This document shows positions 10,416-18,595 of a DNA stretch of 64,000 bases, piece by piece. The number at the start of each line of letters is the position of its first letter. The first letter of the stretch is position 1. The DNA lies in assembly GCA_043753995.1 (NCBI GenBank), contig JAYUVP010000224.1:185-64184 (forward strand). The letters run 5' to 3'. Below the pieces are notes generated by a model. It made no database searches. It had not been told where the DNA came from and was given only the letters and a program-made list of their open reading frames with translations. The position numbers and the translations under genes were made by a program. Origin of the DNA: Fibrobacterota bacterium. Lineage in GTDB: Bacteria; Fibrobacterota; Fibrobacteria; UBA11236.

Positions 10416-11816
10416 GTGCTATACGGGGAGCGCATGGTAAAGCTGCTTTTGGTCGAAGACAATGTGGGCCTGCGCGAGCAGATGAAATGGGCATTGGGCA
10501 ATGAATATGAGGTCAGCGAAGCGGAGACCTTGGATTCGGCCTTGCGCGAATACCGCCAGGAAAAACCGCAAATCGTTTGCCTCGACATGGGTTTGGAAAA
10601 CAAGCCCGAGCGCGGACTGGAAATCATCGATGCTGTTCTGACCGAAGATCGTAATGCGAAAATCGTGGTCATCACTTCTAATACCAGCTCTGATCTTGGA
10701 ACTCGAGCCGTCGAAAGAGGCGCCTTCGATTATTTGAATAAGCCAGTCGACATCGACGAGTTACGCGTGATTCTGCAAAGGGCCGTGCGTATCGCCGCCT
10801 TGGAAAAGCCCACTGACACCGTCGTCGCGGCCGGCCTACCCACCGATCAGGATTTCCTCATGATAGGGCGTAGCGAGCCCATGCGGAAAATTTTCGACTT
10901 GATTCGAAAGCTCGCTGGCAATGACGTGAGCGTTCTCATCACCGGCGAATCGGGCACGGGCAAGGAATTATGCGCCCGTTCGATTCATTATCACAGCAAA
11001 CGCAAGAATTCGATTTTCGTGCCTATCAATTGCGGATCCATTCCTGCAAGCCTGATGGAGAGTGAGCTATTTGGTTATGTGCGCGGCGCTTTCACTGGGG
11101 CCGTGAGCGACAAAATGGGTCTTATCGAATCGGCCAATCATGGCACGCTTTTCCTAGACGAAATCGGGGAAATGCCTCTGCAATTGCAGGTCAAGCTGCT
11201 GCGCTTCTTGCAGGATCAGAAGCTACAGCGCATTGGCGAAACGGTTTTCCGCAATTTAAGCGTGCGCATTATCGCCGCCACCAATCGCACCAATTTGTCG
11301 GAAAAAGACAATGGCGTGATGCGCACCGATCTTTATTATCGCCTCTCCGAATTCGAGATATACATGCCGCCCTTGCGTGACCGCAAGGACGACATTCCCA
11401 GCCTGGCTCAGGCCATTATCGAGCGCAATCGCGTCAAATTCAGTTCGCCTCGTTTGCGGCTTTCGAAACGCGCCGAGCGCTTACTTGAAAATTACAGTTG
11501 GCCGGGCAATGTGCGAGAGTTGGAAAACAAACTCAATCGCGCGTCCATCACTTGCCAAGGCCAGGTGATCGAGAACGAGGACTTGGAGTTGAGCGAAACG
11601 GCCTTCACCATCATGAGCTATCGTGATGCCCGGCAAATGTTCGACCGCAATTTTCTCCTCAATGCACTCAAGCAAGCCAAAAGCAATATTTCCCTGGCCG
11701 CCAAGGTCACGGGTCTAACGCGGCCCACCTTGTATGACATGATGAAAAAGAACGGCATCACCGTGCATTTGGAAGCCCGCATGGATGAAAAATCGGGCGA
11801 GCCGGGCGAAGCTTAG
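10416..11816 (+). CDS. prsR: Sigma-54-dependent response regulator PrsR (NtrC family)
   Basis: Receiver domain (LLVEDN...D56-like), AAA+ sigma-54 interaction domain (GESGTGKE, GAFTGA, ESELFGY) and a C-terminal Fis-type HTH. The true start may be the Met at 10434. Confidence 0.8.
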   Translation: MLYGERMVKLLLVEDNVGLREQMKWALGNEYEVSEAETLDSALREYRQEKPQIVCLDMGLENKPERGLEIIDAVLTEDRNAKIVVITSNTSSDLGTRAVERGAFDYLNKPVDIDELRVILQRAVRIAALEKPTDTVVAAGLPTDQDFLMIGRSEPMRKIFDLIRKLAGNDVSVLITGESGTGKELCARSIHYHSKRKNSIFVPINCGSIPASLMESELFGYVRGAFTGAVSDKMGLIESANHGTLFLDEIGEMPLQLQVKLLRFLQDQKLQRIGETVFRNLSVRIIAATNRTNLSEKDNGVMRTDLYYRLSEFEIYMPPLRDRKDDIPSLAQAIIERNRVKFSSPRLRLSKRAERLLENYSWPGNVRELENKLNRASITCQGQVIENEDLELSETAFTIMSYRDARQMFDRNFLLNALKQAKSNISLAAKVTGLTRPTLYDMMKKNGITVHLEARMDEKSGEPGEA

Positions 11817-11863
11817 AGCATGGTTTCGGCGGCCTCCGACCGCCTAATTCTTTCCCGGTGGAA

Positions 11864-12598
11864 TCACCAAAGCCAGTGCCATCCCGCCTTGGCCACCAGC
11901 AGGGCAATGAGGCCATTGGCCAGGGCATGAGCCACAATGACCGCGAATAAATTCCCGGTTTTCTGGTAAAGCACTTGCGTCATGGCGAACCAAACCGCCG
12001 CGGCCGGCCAAGCCGACAGGGGATGGCCCAAGGTGAAAATCAAACCAGCCAAGAGCGCCCCGATGCCAAGCCAAGACGTTTGGCTTAAGGATTCCGGATG
12101 GCTATCCAAAAGGCCTTGCGATTGCCGGTTTCGCCGTCCATAAGCGGATCCCAAGTCAAGGCAAAACGCGCGGCAGAAAAGCTCTTCGGCGAAGGGGATG
12201 ACCAGGGTCGAGGCCAATCCCCGAACGACGAGGTAACCTAGAGAATACGTATCCTGCGTGTTCACCGGTGCAGTTGTGCCCGAGAAAAGGGTTCCTAGGC
12301 GCAAGCAGCCCCAATAAAGCCCCAGCCAAGCGATTAGCGCGGCGAGACCCCAAAGCAAAATAGGCCCCACGTCGCCGCCGTTCAGGCTCAAGCGTCCGCG
12401 ATACCGTTTTTGCATAGCGAAAAGCAGCAAGGCTCCAGCGCTAAGCGCGCCACCCGTCGCCGCGGCACCGGTGCGTCCGAGCCAAGGATGCAGGGCATTG
12501 CCTCCCACATAAAGAGCATAAGGCAAAGCGAAAAACCAAAGTTGATCGGCGAAGGTTAGGTCGACGCGCAACCAGGTTGGGCCTTGACCTTGGTTCAT
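11864..12598 (-). CDS. CPBP/CAAX-family intramembrane metalloprotease (PEP-CTERM locus-associated type)
   Basis: Polytopic membrane protein with the three CPBP motifs: EELFCR (EExxxR), FTLGHP (FxxxH) and HALAN (HxxxN). Start set to the Met at 12598, whose ATG overlaps the aguA stop (ATGA). Confidence 0.65.
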   Translation of the reverse strand: MNQGQGPTWLRVDLTFADQLWFFALPYALYVGGNALHPWLGRTGAAATGGALSAGALLLFAMQKRYRGRLSLNGGDVGPILLWGLAALIAWLGLYWGCLRLGTLFSGTTAPVNTQDTYSLGYLVVRGLASTLVIPFAEELFCRAFCLDLGSAYGRRNRQSQGLLDSHPESLSQTSWLGIGALLAGLIFTLGHPLSAWPAAAVWFAMTQVLYQKTGNLFAVIVAHALANGLIALLVAKAGWHWLW

Positions 12599-13680
12599 GT
12601 CGCAGGCTCTTGCATGGATGAACAATGAACGGCCCCTTGGCCGAAAACCAAGTGGCGCGCATCAAAGGGGATGATTTTGCGATCCGGAAAAAGCCCGGCC
12701 ATGGTGTCGCAAGTGCGATCGTCACGGCGATCCAAAAAGACCGGCATTAGCACGGCATCATTGAGAATCAGAAAGTTCAAGTAGGTCGCGGGTACGCGCA
12801 ATCCCGCCACCTCAAGCTTTTTTGGCATGGGCATTTCCACCACTTCCAGGCCTTTGGCCGAAGCCATTTTTTCCAAGGCCGCGGCATTGGCCTTGAGCGG
12901 AGCATAATTCTCGTCCCGCGAATCGGTTTCAATAGCCACCGCCACCGTTTTCTCATCGGTGAATCGAGCCAAGTCGTCGACATGGCCGTCGGTGTCATCG
13001 CCGTCAATGCCGTCTCCCAGCCACATCACGGAGTCAATGCCGAGCCAGTGATGCAGAATGGTTTCGATTTGGCCCTGATCGTATTGCGGGTTGCGATTGC
13101 GATTGAGCAAGCATTGCTTTGTCGTCAAAAGCAGGCCTTTCCCATTCGCGTCAATCGATCCGCCTTCAAGAACCACGGGCAGGGAATAGCAGGGACGGCT
13201 GCGGTAAGCGGCCATGAAGCGCGCCACGGCGTCGTCGCTATCCCAAGGTGGGTATTTGCCGCCCCAGGAGTTGAATCGGAAATCCAGAGTGGCCAAGGAG
13301 CCATCCTGGGCACGCACAGTCAGAGCGCCATAGTCGCGGATCCAACTGTCATTGGTGGGGCAAAGCAAAACGTCGATGCGATGTCCGCCCGCCTTGGCTA
13401 CCGGATCAAATTCTTTTTGCAAAGCCTCCCGTAACTTCGGCGTTCCGGCCAATAGGCAAACATCGGTGAAGCGCAAAGCCTCGCGGATAAAGGTGCGATA
13501 AGCCCGCTCGGCCCCCTCACGCACCGGCGACCAGGTGGCATCGTTTTGCGGCCAGGTGAACCACGCCGCCGCCTGTTTTTCCCATTCGGCGGGCAGGCGC
13601 AGGCCTTGCCCTGGGGCTTGCAGGGGATTGAGCATTTCCGGTTGGATCCCGGTATCGAAAGCAGGTTGAATCAAATTCAT
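12595..13680 (-). CDS. aguA: Agmatine deiminase
   Basis: 361 aa in the PAD_porph family. N-terminal PAEWEKQAAAWFTWP and the C-terminal catalytic Cys motif GAVHCSSMQEP. Confidence 0.8.
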   Translation of the reverse strand: MNLIQPAFDTGIQPEMLNPLQAPGQGLRLPAEWEKQAAAWFTWPQNDATWSPVREGAERAYRTFIREALRFTDVCLLAGTPKLREALQKEFDPVAKAGGHRIDVLLCPTNDSWIRDYGALTVRAQDGSLATLDFRFNSWGGKYPPWDSDDAVARFMAAYRSRPCYSLPVVLEGGSIDANGKGLLLTTKQCLLNRNRNPQYDQGQIETILHHWLGIDSVMWLGDGIDGDDTDGHVDDLARFTDEKTVAVAIETDSRDENYAPLKANAAALEKMASAKGLEVVEMPMPKKLEVAGLRVPATYLNFLILNDAVLMPVFLDRRDDRTCDTMAGLFPDRKIIPFDARHLVFGQGAVHCSSMQEPAT

Positions 13681-13690
13681 GGGTTATCGC

Positions 13691-14581
13691 TCAATCTCTC
13701 CAGCGCTTGGTGATGTCGCCGTAGGCATCGATGCGGCGGTCACGCAAGAAGGGCCAGGTACGGCGCGCCTGTTCGCTGCGTTGCGTATTGATTTCAGCCA
13801 GGACATAGCCCTCATTGTCATCGCCCATACGCCCCAGGATTTCTCCTTCGGGCCCGGCGACAAAGCTATTGCCCCAGAAGCGCAAATGGCCTTCGCGCCC
13901 AATGCGATTGGCTGCCGCGACATAGAGGCCATTGGCAATGGCATGGCTGCGCTGTATGGTCGTCCAGGCTTCCAGGTGGCGCTGTTCCAGCACCCGGCTG
14001 TCGCCAGGAGGCAAGTTTTCCGACTCGGCATCGTCCCAGCCAATGGCGGTGGGGAAGAGCAGCAAATCGGCGCCGGCCAAAGCCGTAAGGCGCGCGCCCT
14101 CGGGATACCACTGGTCCCAACAGATGAGAACGCCTAGGTTACCGTAACGCGTACGTATCGATTTGAATCCCATGTCGCCGGGCGTGAAATAAAACTTCTC
14201 GTAAAAACCGGGATCGTCAGGGATATGCATTTTGCGATAAAGGCCCGCCACCGATCCATCCGCATCGTAAACCACGGCACTATTGTGATAAAGCCCCGCC
14301 GCGCGCCGCTCGTAAAAAGGGACCACCAAAACGATTTGCTTTTCCTTGGCCAAGGCCTGCAAGGCCTGCATGGGAGCCGTTTCCAAATCATGCGCCAAAT
14401 CCAGGTGCCGGGCATGCTCCTCAATACAGAAATAATCGTGCAAAATCAATTCGGGCAATAGCACGACTTGCGCACCCTCTCGCGCCGCACGCGCAATCAA
14501 GACGACAAGATGTTGAAAGCGATCGGGCAATAGAGCATTGCCTTTGGATTGCACGGCGGCCAGCATAAAACTTTTAGACAT
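13691..14581 (-). CDS. aguB: N-carbamoylputrescine amidase (nitrilase superfamily)
   Basis: CN-hydrolase fold: MSKSFMLAAVQ start, catalytic Glu...Lys...Cys context (LLLFPELIL, VLICWDQWYPE). Start trimmed to 14581. The longer ORF upstream reads into a repeat element. Confidence 0.75.
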   Translation of the reverse strand: MSKSFMLAAVQSKGNALLPDRFQHLVVLIARAAREGAQVVLLPELILHDYFCIEEHARHLDLAHDLETAPMQALQALAKEKQIVLVVPFYERRAAGLYHNSAVVYDADGSVAGLYRKMHIPDDPGFYEKFYFTPGDMGFKSIRTRYGNLGVLICWDQWYPEGARLTALAGADLLLFPTAIGWDDAESENLPPGDSRVLEQRHLEAWTTIQRSHAIANGLYVAAANRIGREGHLRFWGNSFVAGPEGEILGRMGDDNEGYVLAEINTQRSEQARRTWPFLRDRRIDAYGDITKRWRD

Positions 14582-14600
14582 CGGACAAAAATAGATTGAT

Positions 14601-14985
14601 GGGGAAGTGTCCCCCTCGGCCAAGCCTCCTCGGTAGGTACGGGGCGGCTGATGTTCGGCCATGAAAAAAGGGCTCGCGGTCCTCGGCCCCCAGGGAAATG
14701 CTTCGACGGTATCGGCCTGCGGAGCGAGCCCTTTTTTCAGGCGCTCACCGCCGCCCCTCCGCACAACCCGGGAGACTCGGCGCCCGGAGGACGACTTGAG
14801 CCCCAGTGGGCGCCGGTAGCTTAAACCTGGGCCGCGCGAAGGCGGTCGGCGCTTGGCGCCTTCCTGTTCGCGGAGCCTAATTAAGGAGCGGATTTTTCAG
14901 GGAAATTCGTCGCGCGCTAAGGGCGGCGGTGGACGTTTCCGAAGGGGCTCGCTCCGCAGCGAGCGAAGCGAGTGAGGACTTACGA
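14601..14985. repeat. Palindromic MITE/REP-like element copy A (core + extension)
   Basis: The core GGGGAAGTGTCCCCCTCGGCCAAGCCTCCTCGG...GGCGGCTGATGTTCGGCCATGAAAAAAGGGCTCGCGG...GCGGAGCGAGCCCTTTTTTCAGGCGCTCACCGCC carries a 15-bp perfect inverted repeat (GAAAAAAGGGCTCGC / GCGAGCCCTTTTTTC). A second repeated block (GCGAAGGCGGTCGGCGCTTGGCGCCTTCC... GCTCGCTCCGCAGCGAGCGAAGCGAGTGAGGAC) follows. Confidence 0.8.
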
Positions 14986-15034
14986 GTCTCTTCGGATGAC
15001 GGAAACGTCAGACGCCCGTCCAATGAGTGCGCTA

Positions 15035-15703
15035 TTAGCGCAAGGTTTGGATATGTCCGGCCGTGGTCAGACGCAGAATCCATTCGGGATGAACGCGCAG
15101 AGTCTCGGCAAAGAGAGATAGGCGATGGGAACCTGCTGCGTATCGTCCTTCGAATAGGGCAGCGACGTTGCGACCGCTGGCGTCATAGGCGTCCAAGCGG
15201 ACGGGGCCTTCCGAAGCCATAGTAAAAGCAAGCTCTACCATTCCTGCGGTGCTTTGCGAAAAGGCGGGAGTCGCCTCATTCACTCGTGACTCCAGTGCCG
15301 TGACGGCCTCAATGGTGAACACGGGGCTGATGAGCCAATAATTTGGGCCTCCGGACGGATTGTCCGTTTTATTGGCATCAACGCAAGGAGTCGAGCCGCC
15401 CATTTGGCAAATGCGCAACTTGCCTTGCTGGGTTGGGCCTTGTGTTACGGGCCACTTGTAGGAAGAGTTTCCAGAATTGCCGCCTGGGAGATTGGCCTTA
15501 ATGGTTGTCCAGGTATTTCCTCCATTCGAGGAAAAGTCCACGTTGACACCGCCATGTGTCACCCCTATGCCATAAGTCACGGTAATGGTATCTCCAGCCT
15601 TGTAAGGGCCAGCCTTGGACGTTTTAAATGAGTTGGGGGTCAAATGCGCCCAGGGCAGGGAAGCCAGAGACAGAACGGCACTTAGGAAATAGATAGGACG
15701 CAT
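15035..15703 (-). CDS. Secreted protein with C-terminal T9SS-CTD-like sorting domain
   Basis: Signal peptide MRPIYFLSAVLSLASLPWA with a GGAGAA RBS. The C-terminal ~60 aa (VRLDAYDASGRNVAALFEGRYAAGSHRLSL...ILRLTTAGHIQTLR) resembles T9SS type A / FlgD-Ig-like C-terminal domains. The same domain occurs at 49830-50073. Confidence 0.55.
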   Translation of the reverse strand: MRPIYFLSAVLSLASLPWAHLTPNSFKTSKAGPYKAGDTITVTYGIGVTHGGVNVDFSSNGGNTWTTIKANLPGGNSGNSSYKWPVTQGPTQQGKLRICQMGGSTPCVDANKTDNPSGGPNYWLISPVFTIEAVTALESRVNEATPAFSQSTAGMVELAFTMASEGPVRLDAYDASGRNVAALFEGRYAAGSHRLSLFAETLRVHPEWILRLTTAGHIQTLR

Positions 15704-15824
15704 GGAAATTCTCCGTGGGGGATGGGCCAGAAATGACATCCTGGCCGTGATCAAGGTTCAAAATGGCATGTCCCTGAAAAATACTTCTGCTTTAATATCC
15801 TCCGCATGACGATTATTGGGTGGC

Positions 15825-16020
15825 GGGGAAGTGTCCCCCTCGGCCAAGCCTCCTCGGTGTGTACGGGGCGGCTGATGTTCGGCCATGAAAAAAGGCTCGC
15901 GGTCCTCGGCTGGGGGTTTTCCCTGGGGGCCATGCCTGCGGAGCGAGCCTTTTTCAGGCGCTCACCGCCTCCCCTCGCACAACCCGGGAGACTCGGCGCC
16001 TGGAGGACGACTTAAGCCCC
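15825..16020. repeat. Palindromic MITE/REP-like element copy B (core only)
   Basis: Near-identical to copy A from GGGGAAGTGTCCCCCTCGG through GGAGGACGACTTAAGCCCC. Lies in the divergent intergenic region between 15703 and 16494. Confidence 0.8.
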
Positions 16021-16105
16021 TTGTGCGCCGGAGGTCTAACCCTGGGGAATCCCTCACCTGCGGGGTCTCGGCCTACCCCCTCTCGCAGGGGCCTTGCCCC
16101 CGCAA

Positions 16106-16410
16106 CCCCCAGGGAAATGCTTTGAGGCCATCGGCCTGCGGAGCGAGCCCTTTTTTCAGGCTCTCACGGCCGGCCCCTCGCCTAGCCCGGGAGACTCGGC
16201 GCCTGGAGGACGGCTTTAGGCTCCTTACGCGCCGCAGGCCTTTCCCTGGGGCCGCGAAGGCGGTCGGCGCTTGGCGCCTTCCTGTTCGCGGAGTTAAGGC
16301 AACCAGGGGGTGGATTGCTCTGGGGATTGCGCGCGCGCTAAGGCTAAGGGCGGCGGTGGACGTCTCGAAAAGGACTCGCTTCGCAGCGAGCAAAGCGAGT
16401 GAGGACCCGC
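16106..16410. repeat. Palindromic MITE/REP-like element copy C (left-truncated core + extension)
   Basis: Right half of the core (CCCCAGGGAAATGCTTTGAGGCCATCGGCCTGCGGAGCGAGCCCTTTTTTCAGG...) plus the same extension block as copy A (GCGAAGGCGGTCGGCGCTTGGCGCC..., GCTCGCTTCGCAGCGAGCAAAGCGAGTGAGGAC). In tandem with copy B. Confidence 0.75.
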
Positions 16411-16493
16411 GAGTTCTTTTCGAGAGGGGAATGTCAGCCGCCCGCCCCTTCCGTGCGTATTTTGAATCTCTCTAAGACTTTCGCGGAGCCGCC

Positions 16494-17993
16494 ATGCCCA
16501 ATGCCTATGAAACCCTGCTGGAATATGTCCGTGATAGCTATGCCTTGCGCTCGGCGGCCGGGCTTTTGGGATGGGATCAAGAAACCATGATGCCGGCCAA
16601 GGGCGGCGAAATCCGTGCGCGCGGCTTTTCGGCTTTGTCGCGTGTCATGCATCAACGCACCGTGGACGAGGCCTATGGCGATAGGCTTTCCGCAGCTGAA
16701 GCTTCCGTGAATTTGTCGAGCACACAAAGAGCTTGCCTCGCGGCCCTACGCCGTGACCGCGACAAGACGGTGAAAATACCCGAGAGCCTCGCGGCCGAGA
16801 TGGCCGAAGTGGGCTCTCGGGCGCAACAAGCCTGGGCCGATTGCCGATCCCGCGAAGACGCGGCGACTTTCTTGCCTTGGCTTGAGCGGATGGTGGAATT
16901 GAAGCGAAAGGAAATCGCCTGCCTAGGACCGGTGGCACATCCCTACGATGCCTTGCTCGATCAATACGAATCCGGGGCCACGGTGGCGGCCATTCAGCCC
17001 ATACTCGAATCCTTGGGAGAACAAACCGCGATCTTGCTTCCTGCCATAGTGGATAAGCAAAAACAGAAGGGACTTCTTTCCGAGGCTCCGCCCTGGGGCG
17101 ATGCGCGCTTTCCGCTGGACGCGCAGCAGGCGATGAATGAAGAGGTGCTTGCGGCCATGGGTTTTGATTTGCAGGCGGGTCGTCTCGATAGTTCGGCGCA
17201 TCCCTTTACCGAAGGCTTGGGTGCCTCCGACGTGCGCCTCACCACGCGGTATCGCGAAGACGATATTCAGAATGCGCTTTATAGCACCTTGCATGAAGGC
17301 GGCCATGGCTTATATGAGCAGGGCTTTGCCGCCGAATATGCCCTGACGCCCTTGGCCGAAGCGGTGTCGCTGGGTATTCATGAAAGCCAGTCACGCCTTT
17401 GGGAAAACGCCATCGGCCGTAGCTTGCCCTTTTGGAAATGGCTGACCCCGAAATTACGCCAACGCTTTCCCGGCCTGCCCGAGTCCTGCCAAGCTGAGGC
17501 CTTATGGCGTAGGGCGAACCGGGTGGCGCCCTCCTTCATTCGCGTCGAGGCCGATGAAGTCAGCTATAACCTGCACATTGTCTTGCGCTTCCGCCTGGAA
17601 AAAGCCCTCTTTGAGGGTAACCTGCAAGTTTCGGATCTCGAGGCGGCTTGGAAAGACGGCATGCGCGATTTGCTGGGCTTAGTCCCGGCCAAGCCTTCTC
17701 AGGGTTTCATGCAGGACGTGCATTGGAGCTGCGGTCTTTTCGGCTATTTCCCCACCTACACGCTCGGTAATCTCATCGCCGCGCAATTGCTTGAGGCGCT
17801 ACGACGCGAATTTCCCGATCTCGATGCCCGCATTGAAAAAGGCGATTTCGCCCCCATGCGCGAATGGCTGCGAATCAAGGTGCATGCGCATGGCCGTTCG
17901 CTCACGCCCGAACAAATCGTTTTGCAGGCGACGGGAGCGCCGCTGTCTTCGCGGCCATTCCTGGAATATGTGCGGGCGAAATACTTGGGCTAG
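16494..17993 (+). CDS. Carboxypeptidase Taq-type metallopeptidase (M32 family)
   Basis: 499 aa with the HEGGHGLYEQG (HExxH) zinc motif and IHESQSRLWEN, both typical of M32 carboxypeptidases. Confidence 0.8.
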   Translation: MPNAYETLLEYVRDSYALRSAAGLLGWDQETMMPAKGGEIRARGFSALSRVMHQRTVDEAYGDRLSAAEASVNLSSTQRACLAALRRDRDKTVKIPESLAAEMAEVGSRAQQAWADCRSREDAATFLPWLERMVELKRKEIACLGPVAHPYDALLDQYESGATVAAIQPILESLGEQTAILLPAIVDKQKQKGLLSEAPPWGDARFPLDAQQAMNEEVLAAMGFDLQAGRLDSSAHPFTEGLGASDVRLTTRYREDDIQNALYSTLHEGGHGLYEQGFAAEYALTPLAEAVSLGIHESQSRLWENAIGRSLPFWKWLTPKLRQRFPGLPESCQAEALWRRANRVAPSFIRVEADEVSYNLHIVLRFRLEKALFEGNLQVSDLEAAWKDGMRDLLGLVPAKPSQGFMQDVHWSCGLFGYFPTYTLGNLIAAQLLEALRREFPDLDARIEKGDFAPMREWLRIKVHAHGRSLTPEQIVLQATGAPLSSRPFLEYVRAKYLG

Positions 17994-18005
17994 AAGCCAG
18001 ATAAG

Positions 18006-18536
18006 TCAGGATTTTTTTCCGAGGGCGCTGAAAAGGCGATCGAGCATGGGGCCATGCTCGCCCTCGTGATAGACGAGCAAATACAAGTCATCTGCCAAGG
18101 TTTTGAATTCCATGCCGAGATAGTCGAAGCCTTGAGTCATGGGTGCTTCGAGAAAATCACCGTATTTCCCCGCCAAGTCTTCGCTATAGTCGCGGAATAA
18201 GGCCAGCAAGTCCATAAACGTCGGCGTTTTTTCATCATAGTCCGCCGGTGATTTACCGTCGCGGAAATAGCGCTTGAAGTCGATGGCCAGGGCTTTCTCA
18301 GGAAGTGGCAAATTGCGTCTCACATACCAATGCGCCAATTGCACATGCAGTAAATGGCCGACATGCCAATGAATATTGTTGCGAAAGCCAGGAGGCATGT
18401 GAAAAGCTTCCTTCTCGCTCAAGTCGACGAATTGTTTTAAGCGATGGCGGCGCACGCCTTCGAGCATGGCCAGAATACGCGCGGTCGGAGCGGTTAACTG
18501 AGTCAAGATCTTCCTCCTGCCTTTTTCGTCACCCAC
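18006..18536 (-). CDS. DinB/YfiT-like metal-dependent hydrolase family protein
   Basis: 176 aa. Three-His pattern (HWHVGHLLHV ... HEGEHGPM) typical of the DinB_2 four-helix bundle. Confidence 0.55.
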   Translation of the reverse strand: MGDEKGRRKILTQLTAPTARILAMLEGVRRHRLKQFVDLSEKEAFHMPPGFRNNIHWHVGHLLHVQLAHWYVRRNLPLPEKALAIDFKRYFRDGKSPADYDEKTPTFMDLLALFRDYSEDLAGKYGDFLEAPMTQGFDYLGMEFKTLADDLYLLVYHEGEHGPMLDRLFSALGKKS

Positions 18537-18550
18537 CGAAATAAAAAAAG

Positions 18551-18584
18551 CCCGGCTCCTGAGGAACCGGGCTTTTTATTTCCA
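18551..18584. terminator. Bidirectional rho-independent terminator
   Basis: AAAAAAAGCCCGGCTCCTGAGGAACCGGGCTTTTTATTT. The GC stem AGCCCGG/CCGGGCT is flanked by an A-run and a T-run. It sits between the sigma factor stop and the dinB-like start. Confidence 0.6.
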
Positions 18585-18595
18585 CCGAGAACTTT

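Noticed and set aside
14582-14764. Long N-terminal extension of the aguB ORF
   Set aside because: The extension reads through repeat copy A. Conserved nitrilase-family sequence begins at MSKSFMLAAVQ (14581).
15885-16475. 196-aa ORF and other ORFs starting MKKGSR/MKKGLAG (15885, 32306, 36124) and the MRRGGGERLKKG ORFs (14764, 32410, 36403 minus)
   Set aside because: All arise from translating the palindromic repeat element (ATGAAAAAAGGGCTCGCGG = MKKGSR). The 'proteins' share only the repeat-encoded segment, then diverge. They are regarded as repeat artefacts, not genes.
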